Positions 1 through 6,598 of a stretch of DNA of 12,214 bases are shown piece by piece. Location: the IMG/VR virus record IMGVR_UViG_3300028888_000110; one strand, given 5' to 3'. Each line of letters begins with the position of its first letter. Positions within the stretch are counted from its first letter, which is position 1. The DNA comes from a virus. Taxonomy: Duplodnaviria > Heunggongvirae > Uroviricota > Caudoviricetes. The notes under the pieces are model-generated. The model had not been told where the DNA came from. It did no database searches and saw only the letters and a program-made list of their open reading frames with translations. Position numbers and translations under genes: made by a program.

Positions 1-1107
1 CGAGAGAGGATTAAGGCTATGGATAGTAAAGCTATGCTAGAAAGAATAAGCTGAACTAGCCTAGTGTGATGAGATATTATTACATTTAAACACAACTCAA
101 ATTGAACAGAACAAATATATTGTAATTGAAAATCTACAGGGTGTCGAATAGACAAAGTAGGGAAAATCTGAAGCACAGACAAGTGATGACCAAACTGGAC
201 TAATTGGATAGCTTGGTATGGGGGGGTGGATTGGAAAGAAATCTATAAATGGATTAAAGAAGAATTCCCATTTGTGTTGCCAGAGAAAAAAGAAGAAACG
301 AAGAGTGTGGACTCAATATTATCCGCCATTGATACAGATATTAATACAGAACTACACACATATTATTATCCGAAGGGATTTGAGAAATTTAATAGTTTCC
401 TTTCTTGAGAATTAGTCACCATCGTTGCCCCATCAAATAGCTGAAAGACAACATTTGCAATGGATATAATTAAAAGGAACACAGCCGAAGGAAGAAAATG
501 TTTCTACATTAACTGAGAGTTTAGGATTGAAACTGTATGGGTTAATAGATGGTTATGGAAAAATTGAAAGACTAAAGAGAGTTTGTGAGATAAAAATCCT
601 CTTACCCCAGAGGAAAGAGCTGATATGGAGAAATATGTAAAAGATAGTCTTGGGCAATTTTGATATGATTGTTCACCTATGTGATATAAACTAGAAGATT
701 TAGTACAGCTAATAACAGAAAAGACAAAAGAAGGATATGAGTTATTTGTTATTGACAGTCTATCAAAGATACAATGAAATTTAACCAATGAAGCAAGGAG
801 TCACCAAAATCAGACAATGGAGACATTCTTGGCCTTAGTGCAGAAACTAAATATAGCTGTCATATTATTACACCACACAAATAAATTCTGAAAGTTTGAA
901 GGTAGTCAGAAAATATTTGATTTCTCTAATGTGTTTATTACGATGAAGAAGTGCGAAGAAGATTTTGTGAAGATACCTTCAAGAGTGTTTAAACTTGAAA
1001 AAGATAAATATGTAAGTGATGTTGAACTAGAAATGTATTACGATATCAAAACAGGGACATACACAGAAAGCTTATCAGAGATTTCAGAAATGAGGAAAAA
1101 CTTTTAA
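1..1107 (+). CDS. DnaB-like (SF4/RecA-fold) replicative helicase, 5' end outside window
   Basis: Frame 1 is open from base 1 to TAA 1105-1107 when TGA=Gly. Motifs: ELVTIVAPSNS[TGA]KTTF (Walker A), YELFVIDSLSKI (Walker B), IAVILLHH and FEGSQKI (SF4 H3/H4-like). Absorbs track ORF 226..408. Confidence 0.88.
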
Positions 1108-1127
1108 TTGTTTAATTTAGGGAAGCG

Positions 1128-2186
1128 ATGAATGATTACAGTGAAGATTTCAAGGGGGTACGGTTCCCGAGAAACTTGTGGCTCGATAAAAGTATCAGCC
1201 TTATAGAAAAAGGCATACTTGTAGTGATTAAAAATTTAGATAAAGGGGATGAACATTGCTGGGCAACAAATAATTATCTGGCAGATTTTTTTCAATGCAA
1301 CTCTCGTACAATAATAAGAGCGATTTGACATTTAAAAGAATTGTGATATATAGAGGAGATTGAATGATGAAAGACTGGAGTATGTAGAAAATTAAGAGCG
1401 GTTATTGATATAGAGGACCCGTGACAAAATGTCACCCCTGACAAAATGTCACCCGTGACAAAATGTCATACGGGGGGTGACAAAATGTCACACCCCCCCG
1501 TGACAAAATGTCACCCTAATAATATAGTATATAATAATATAAATAATAATATAAGGCAAACAGAGAATTTTAGCAACGCTAACGCGTCGCCTTCCTCCTG
1601 TGTGTGTGATGTAGAGACTGGACTAGATAGTGAGACATACAACACAGCTAAAGCGAAACGCAAAACGAAGAAGCAGCAAAGATATGATGAGGTGATGAAT
1701 AGCACAGAATTTACTACAACTGTCCTCGAATGAATAACAAATGAAGTTGAGCAGGAAGAGATTAAAACCTTATGGAGCGAATATGTTGAACTAAGATGTA
1801 GTAAAGACTATAGAGCCTTAACTGATTGAGCTGTAAGAAGAAATCTCAAAGTTTTAGAATGAACAACCTTCCCTGAAAGGAGAGCTATTTTAGATAAGTC
1901 TGTTACTAAATGATGGACAGGTTTATTCCCGTTAAATGAGTACGACGTTAAACGTATCGAATGAGACCTAGCTAAGGTTGAATGAAGCGATGAATGGCTG
2001 TATGATAAAATCTTTACTACTAAATGTAAAGAAAAAGAAGATGAACTACCTGAACGAAGTACACACGACTTGCTTATGCAACTAGTACAGGAGTACTGAG
2101 AAGAGAGAGTTAAGAAAATTTACTATGAGAGAGTGAGGCCTAAGATAGAAGAAATCTATTGAATTAAGAGAGATTGGAAAAGTTAA
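1128..2186 (+). CDS. Phage replication initiator (lambda O-like architecture: N-terminal HTH, internal iterons), 352 aa
   Basis: One frame from ATG 1128 to TAA 2184-2186 with TGA=Gly, joining track ORFs 1128..1328 and 1446..1733. N-terminus FKGV[CGG=W]FPRNLWLD...CWATNNYLADFFQCNSRTIIRAIGHLKELGYI is typical of HTH phage initiators. C-terminal SVTK[TGA]WTGLFPL resembles a motif recurring in phage initiators. Adjacent to the helicase and contains iterons. Confidence 0.82.
1421..1514. repeat. Five 15-bp palindromic iterons GTGACA-AAA-TGTCAC (probable replication origin)
   Basis: Copies at 1421-1435, 1438-1452 (C at first base), 1455-1469 (T at last base), 1477-1491 and 1500-1514. Start-to-start spacing is 17, 17, 22, 23. 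Confidence 0.9.
1517..1554. other. AT-rich tract, probable DNA-unwinding element of the origin
   Basis: 38 nt with one G and no C, immediately after the last iteron, as in the lambda ori layout. Confidence 0.7.
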
Positions 2187-2454
2187 TTCCTCCCTAGAAA
2201 ATGGCGCTTTAAGAAAGAGCTCCTATTTCTCTTAAAATGGGTGCCCGCCTCTCCCTATGGGTTCCCTTCCCTTGGTGGGGCATTTCTTTGCGGGTCCTTT
2301 TTTATGTTTCCCTAAGGAGGGTTATTTTATGTTTCGTAAGAAGAGTGTTCCCTGTTTCTGTTTTTCGTAAGAAAGGTATAACACCCCAACAAAAAGCTAC
2401 AATAGGGGGGTTTGGGAGTCGCTACCCCCATTTTCGTAAAGATATTTTTTGACA

Positions 2455-2487
2455 AGCACCCTCGTTTTTTAGGTGCTACTTTTTTTT
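2455..2487 (+). terminator. Probable intrinsic terminator closing the replication module
   Basis: AGCACC (2455-2460) pairs with GGTGCT (2472-2477), followed by a T8 run (2480-2487). Confidence 0.55.
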
Positions 2488-2511
2488 GATATATATTTTT
2501 TTGATGCAGGC

Positions 2512-2539
2512 TTGACATTTTATAAAAATGTGATATAAT
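2512..2539 (+). promoter_or_regulatory. Consensus sigma70 promoter TTGACA-N16-TATAAT with extended -10 (TGn)
   Basis: TTGACA 2512-2517, TG 2531-2532, TATAAT 2534-2539. Confidence 0.8.
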
Positions 2540-2612
2540 ATGGGATTGTTTTCCCTTCAAAAGATTTCAACCTTTACAATATATACTTTTTTGAAAATGT
2601 CAAGCCGTATTT

Positions 2613-2655
2613 GAAAATTGACTTGAATTTGTATAGTAAAAAAATATTATACTAT
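2613..2655 (+). repeat. Promoter-like repeat copy 1 (degenerate, 19-nt spacer)
   Basis: GAAAATTGACTTGAATTTGTATAGTAAAAAAATATTATACTAT has the same core as copies 2-4. TTGAAT 2623-2628, TATACT 2648-2653. Confidence 0.75.
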
Positions 2656-2700
2656 TGTAAATATATTATATATATAATATATTGAAAAATAAAAATTTAT

Positions 2701-2763
2701 GAAAATTGACTTGCAATTGTATAGTAAAAAACTATACTATATATAGTCAAGTCAAAAGACTTG
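2701..2763 (+). promoter_or_regulatory. Promoter-like repeat copy 2 followed by a hairpin
   Basis: TTGCAA 2711-2716, N16, TATACT 2733-2738, then hairpin CAAGTC-AAAA-GACTTG (2748-2763). Confidence 0.7.
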
Positions 2764-2840
2764 AAAAATAGTAGTAAAAATTGCATAAAGCAAGCAAGTT
2801 TTACCGTAATTAAACTTGACTACATAAATTTTTTCAAGTA

Positions 2841-2904
2841 AAAATTGACTTGAAATTGTATAGTAAAAATATATACTATACATAGTCAAGAAAAACAACT
2901 TGAC
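2841..2904 (+). promoter_or_regulatory. Promoter-like repeat copy 3 with palindrome and 5' hairpin
   Basis: TTGAAA 2850-2855, N16, TATACT 2872-2877. Palindrome TGTATAGTA-N8-TACTATACA (2857-2882). Hairpin GTCAAG-N8-CTTGAC. Confidence 0.72.
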
Positions 2905-2949
2905 AAGAAAAACAAGAAAACAGCTTTATTTTTGCATAATTTTTCTATT

Positions 2950-3312
2950 ATGAAAACATTATCAAAAGTCAAGCTGTCAAGGGACTTTTTCCAAAACTCA
3001 ATTTTGGTATGAAATGATAAATTTCGTATTGACAATTTTAATCGTAAGGTAAAAATTGCAAAACGTGATTGTGATTTTTCTATGCCAAAAAAACAGGCTA
3101 GGGAACAGCAACTACGCCTTGACAGTTTTAGACGTAAAACAATTTATTGAAACAATTATTTTTTCAAGTGAAAAACTCAAGAAAAAAATTTTCTTGAAAA
3201 CAATATTTCACTTGCAAGAAAAAAAGATTTTGAAAATGTGTTTTCAAAAATAGCTTTTGAAAAAAGACAAGAAAAACGCAAGAAAAAAGCGTTTTCTAGA
3301 ATCTTTTGATAA
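2950..3312 (+). CDS. Small, highly basic hypothetical protein (120 aa)
   Basis: ATG 2950 to TAA 3310-3312 with no TAA/TAG over 120 codons in very AT-rich DNA, and four in-frame TGA. MKTLSKVKLSRDFFQNSILVGNDKF...KRQEKRKKKAFSRIFG. Lies directly downstream of promoter copy 3. Confidence 0.6.
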
Positions 3313-3331
3313 GGTGAAAAAAGTGAAAAAA

Positions 3332-3390
3332 GACTTGCAATTGTATAGTAAAAATATATACTATACATAGTCAAGAAAAACAACTTGACT
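3332..3390 (+). promoter_or_regulatory. Promoter-like repeat copy 4
   Basis: 3332-3389 is identical to 2847-2904 at 57/58 nt. TTGCAA 3335-3340, N16, TATACT 3357-3362. Hairpin TAGTCAAG-N8-CTTGACTA. Confidence 0.75.
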
Positions 3391-3419
3391 AGAAAAAAAC
3401 AAGCTAGACATGAATAGCT

Positions 3420-3880
3420 TTACGGAAATTTTTCCGATACCTGAAATATAGGTTTAGAATCGCAAGTTTTTCCTATTGCTTGCTATCAATAGGAATTACA
3501 AGGGGTTTTTGTAATTGCAAGATTACACCTATGTTATGGGGTATCGGTTTTTTTCGTATGAAAAAAAGTTATAACTTTTATGCAATGTAGCAACTGAATA
3601 GCAACGGTTGAAAGTGAATAGCCTCTACATTTTAGCTTAGTAAATACATAGACAATTCAAGTTCGTGTAGCGATAACTGAAATTTTGTGGGAACACCACT
3701 CAAAGCTACATATTTTTAGAGTTTGTAGAAAAAAGTAGGCGAAAGGCGAAGGGCTTGACTATGGTAAATATATGAGTTTTTGGGCTGTCGTTTCGTATGA
3801 TAGCCCTAAAACAAAAGCTCATTGCTGTCAAGGTAAGTCGACTAACTTGGAAGGTAGCGGACCTTTAGACCAAAGGAACT
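3420..3880 (+). ncRNA. Candidate structured RNA or long structured leader (boundaries approximate)
   Basis: No sizeable + strand ORF found even with TGA=Gly. Hairpins at 3423-3436, 3471-3494, 3494-3516 and 3772-3822, the last with G-U pairs that work only on the + strand. Confidence 0.35.
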
Positions 3881-3922
3881 ATCAAACAATGGGCTTTTGT
3901 TTTACATAGTAATTTTGCAGCT

Positions 3923-4147
3923 ATGGGAAAACTAAAGCAAATGAATTGGGAAGAATACAAGCACAAGGCTTGAGCTTCCAAACTCTGGGACAATAGGCTT
4001 CCAGATTTTTTGCAATACCTATATTGTAAAAAGCACAAGTATTTCAATGCTTGGACAAAAACTCTTGAATATTGGTTGAGAAAAAATTATGAAGAAAATG
4101 ATTACAAAATGCTTATGAAAAAAGCAAGAGTTTTATTTAGAGCATAA
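3923..4147 (+). CDS. Hypothetical protein (74 aa)
   Basis: MGKLKQMNWEEYKHKAGASKLWDNRLPDFLQYLY...ARVLFRA*, one in-frame TGA, T-rich leader, next gene starts 5 nt later. Confidence 0.72.
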
Positions 4148-4152
4148 CTAGA

Positions 4153-4299
4153 ATGCGAGTGATATTAGGCTTGAATTTGCTCTCATTTTTGGGAGTAGTT
4201 TTTTTGAAAACTAAATGGAGATTTGGTTTTCATCTTAGTTTGCTAGTTTATGTAGCAACATTGTATGGAATGCTTTATTACTATAACAAGGTATGCTAA
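4153..4299 (+). CDS. Small membrane protein (48 aa, two hydrophobic segments)
   Basis: M[CGA=W]VILGLNLLSFLGVVFLKTKWRFGFHLSLLVYVATLYGMLYYYNKVC*. The stop overlaps the next start (TAATG). Confidence 0.6.
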   Translation: MRVILGLNLLSFLGVVFLKTKWRFGFHLSLLVYVATLYGMLYYYNKVC

Positions 4300-4499
4300 T
4301 GAGATTACCAAAAGAAAACAAATCAAACACAATACAAGGTTGTTGTGTGTCGGAGGACGAAATGAAAGCTGAGAACGAGAGAGCTTTCATAAAAAGTTGC
4401 ATCGTTTGTATGGGTATAGAAGAACTTTGCGACTTGTTAGAAGAACTAGACATTAGTCGAGATGTGAAGAACGAACTAGAATATAGAGAAGACAATTAG
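4299..4499 (+). CDS. Hypothetical protein (66 aa)
   Basis: Track ORF 4293..4499. Start moved to ATG 4299 because of TAATG coupling to the upstream gene. Confidence 0.7.
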   Translation: MRLPKENKSNTIQGCCVSEDEMKAENERAFIKSCIVCMGIEELCDLLEELDISRDVKNELEYREDN

Positions 4500-4532
4500 T
4501 TTTATTCTCTAATGGAAATGAAAATGAGAATA
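4500..4532 (+). repeat. 33-bp perfect direct repeat copy 1 (leader plus first 7 codons MEMKMRI)
   Basis: TTTTATTCTCTAATGGAAATGAAAATGAGAATA, identical at 4787-4819. Confidence 0.95.
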
Positions 4533-4784
4533 GAGAAAAAAAGAAATGAGGTCGAGGTTGCTCGAACAAAGGAGAGCCAACACTTAAAGGCAGAGGTTAG
4601 ACAAATATGGAATGGAAAATGAGAAACATATTTTGGGCTAACAATAAAAACATTGAATAATGTTGCACTCGTGAATGAGTATTATACATTTCGTTGTGAG
4701 GCGGAGGCTTTAGCGAGATGATATCTACAATGATATGAGAAATGATACTTGGAATGAGAACGAGATTGATATGAATATAGATAA
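4512..4784 (+). CDS. Hypothetical protein (90 aa) with a C-terminal GxxxG repeat helix
   Basis: Open with TGA=Gly (six TGA). C-terminus EALARGYLQGYEKGYLEGEWDG places the TGA codons in a regular Gly repeat. Confidence 0.75.
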
Positions 4785-4786
4785 CA

Positions 4787-4819
4787 TTTTATTCTCTAAT
4801 GGAAATGAAAATGAGAATA
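4787..4819 (+). repeat. 33-bp perfect direct repeat copy 2
   Basis: Identical to 4500-4532. Confidence 0.95.
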
Positions 4820-5014
4820 AAGATACTAGACATTCAAAAGAATGAAGAAATCTGACTAAAGGTTAGAGGGTGAATTACAATAGAGAGAGCCTTAGCAATG
4901 GCGGAAATCTCAAGTTATAGAATGGTAATGAGAGAGAGAAATAGGGCTAGACTTTTAGTTTCGCCCAACTCTAAGCTAGAACAATGAGATATTGTTGTTG
5001 TGTGGGTTAGATAA
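4799..5014 (+). CDS. Probable ubiquitin-like (beta-grasp) paralogue without C-terminal Gly (71 aa)
   Basis: MEMKMRIKILDIQKNEEIGLKVRGGITIERALAMAEISS...SPNSKLEQGDIVVVWVR* aligns by eye with the downstream Ubl (ELPVDSTVRDAKIKAGISS...APDNAILDDGDILVV). Confidence 0.62.
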
Positions 5015-5021
5015 CATTGGC

Positions 5022-5053
5022 TTGAATTCTTATAGTGAATAGCTATAAGAATT
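5022..5053 (+). promoter_or_regulatory. Perfect 11-bp inverted repeat overlapping a possible promoter upstream of the Ubl gene
   Basis: AATTCTTATAG (5025-5035), 7-nt loop, CTATAAGAATT (5043-5053). TTGAAT 5022-5027, N16, TATAAG 5044-5049. Confidence 0.5.
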
Positions 5054-5097
5054 ATAACCCGTGTTGTCGGGGTTTTATATTATTATTTTGTGTAGAA

Positions 5098-5334
5098 ATG
5101 AGAGTTGAAAACACAAATGCTTCTACTATTAGAGTAGAAATCAAACAAATGGGAACACCATTTGGAACAACTATTGAATTGCCAGTTGATAGCACTGTAA
5201 GAGATGCTAAAATTAAGGCTGGAATTTCATCTGATGCAGATGTTCGCTACAACAATGACATTGCACCAGACAATGCTATCTTAGATGACGGAGACATTCT
5301 CGTTGTTCAAGCAAGCAAATATACTCAAGGTTAA
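5098..5334 (+). CDS. Ubiquitin-like (beta-grasp) modifier ending in Gly (78 aa, ...SKYTQG)
   Basis: MRVENTNASTIRVEIKQMGTPFGTTIELPVDSTVRDAKIKAGISSDADVRYNNDIAPDNAILDDGDILVVQASKYTQG* shows the Ubl/ThiS/MoaD pattern (STVxD helix, LxDGDxL strand, free C-terminal G). It precedes E2, E1 and JAB genes. Confidence 0.85.
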   Translation: MRVENTNASTIRVEIKQMGTPFGTTIELPVDSTVRDAKIKAGISSDADVRYNNDIAPDNAILDDGDILVVQASKYTQG

Positions 5335-5385
5335 TGCTTGAATATTTGCTGGCAAATAAAAGGCATTGGCAAGTAGTATTTAGAA

Positions 5386-5413
5386 AGGCTCGCTCTTAGG
5401 AGTGGGCTTTTTT
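5386..5413 (+). terminator. Intrinsic terminator between the Ubl and E2 genes
   Basis: AGGCTCGCTC-TTAG-GAGTGGGCTT 10-bp stem (with G-U pairs) plus T run to 5413. Confidence 0.75.
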
Positions 5414-5455
5414 ATAATGCCACTTGTGGCAGATTTATTTTATTTATTTGCAGCT

Positions 5456-6598
5456 GTGAGAGTTAATGGACAACAAGTAGCTAGGAGTTGGACTCAATTT
5501 GAAAGCCAATTACCTCAGTGAAAAATCGAGCCTGTTAGTGTTGAGGTAAAAGAAAACGACACTGAACTTGAAGGCTACCCAGTCTTTGAGAAGCTGGTGA
5601 AATTGTCTGGCATTGACTCAACCCCAGAAGAGGTTATCAAAGATTTGTGATTTGAAAAATTCACAAACAGTCTTTGAGAGCTAAAGTTCTGGAGTGAAGG
5701 GGACCGTCTATTAGAAGATTGGTTCTGATTATGCCTAAGATTTCTCCAGAGAAATTATCATAGGCGTCGAGCCTATGTAAAGGTGGGCGATAGAGAAATC
5801 TATTGACTGGTATCAGTTGGCTGAAGGAGATTCCATATGAAGACTCCTGAATGAACACTGATTATGCCATCAATGTGTATTGCTGACACCTTCACAGGAG
5901 AAAACAAGTATGTTTTCTTCCCTATGAGTGCCTTGCTAAAAGAAGAAGAGCAGGCATTATTTGAGTTGTATAAAACAACTAGACCTTCTTCTGATACTTC
6001 ACAACTTGAAATGCAGATTATGTCTTTGTTAGAGAAACTAACAATGGCAAGGTCGCAAAAGCCTACAATTTCTGAAACGAATAATGTTTTTTCAGACATT
6101 GAAGAAATGTGTAGAGCAAGTTGAACAATTAAAAGACTTTCAGTAGTAGATTGAAGGTTGGTTTTAGAATTTGATTGGAGAAAGGTAATTGATACGGACC
6201 ATAGCTATGGACCTATGGTGTTGCCACCTTGTAAGTTGCTAATTGATTTGAGAAATTACACAGTGAGATGAGAATGAAGATATCACCCACATATTATGGG
6301 AGATAATTCTTTGTGTATGGGTTGAACATTAACAGACCTAGTTCAGAAATGTATCACCAATAGAGATTTGAAAACTTTAGTAGGTTGAATGATTGACTTT
6401 GGAAATAGTTGGACAAGTAGCGATGCAATGGGTTGCGATAGATGTCCAGCAGGTAGAATTGAAAGATATTATGAGAATGAATGAATAAATTGGGAGAATA
6501 TCCCAATAGATTTGCACGACATAGCAAGAACTTTTGAAGATTGTAGTTATAGCACAGACACTTTGTGAAGCACTTTTAATTCTTTAATCGAAGAATAA
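5456..6598 (+). CDS. E2/UBC-like conjugating enzyme with a long N-terminal extension and coiled coil (380 aa)
   Basis: GTG 5456 to TAA 6596-6598 with TGA=Gly, including track ORF 5864..6124. HPHIMGDNSLC (His277-Cys287; TGT 6314-6316) has the same spacing as the canonical E2 motif HPNINSNGSIC. The GTG start is supported by a TTTGCAGCT leader identical to that of the 3923 gene. Confidence 0.75.

Noticed and set aside
218-415. Track ORF 218..415, and likewise 3056..3253 and 9933..10121 on the + strand
   Set aside because: Out-of-frame overlaps with longer recoded genes (helicase, the 2950 ORF, the Zn-ribbon protein).
1421-1514. CRISPR array
   Set aside because: 15-bp units separated by only 2-8 nt, inside a coding gene, with no spacers.
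2237-2560. ORFs 2237..2452 (+) and 2327..2560 (-)
   Set aside because: Atypical composition, no motifs, and they overlap the terminator, promoter and hairpin elements. Treated as non-coding, though not excluded.
2613-3389. CRISPR or mini-CRISPR array from the four long repeats
   Set aside because: Spacing is very irregular (about 90, 140 and 490 nt), one gap contains an ORF, the repeats are promoter-shaped, and no cas genes are nearby.
3390-3922. tRNA or suppressor tRNA in the hairpin-rich region
   Set aside because: No cloverleaf with a T-loop GTTCRA and D-loop could be assembled by eye.
5035-5097. Upstream start of the Ubl at 5035 as in the track
   Set aside because: The extension runs through two hairpins and a T-rich leader. 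ATG 5098 gives a typical 78-aa Ubl.
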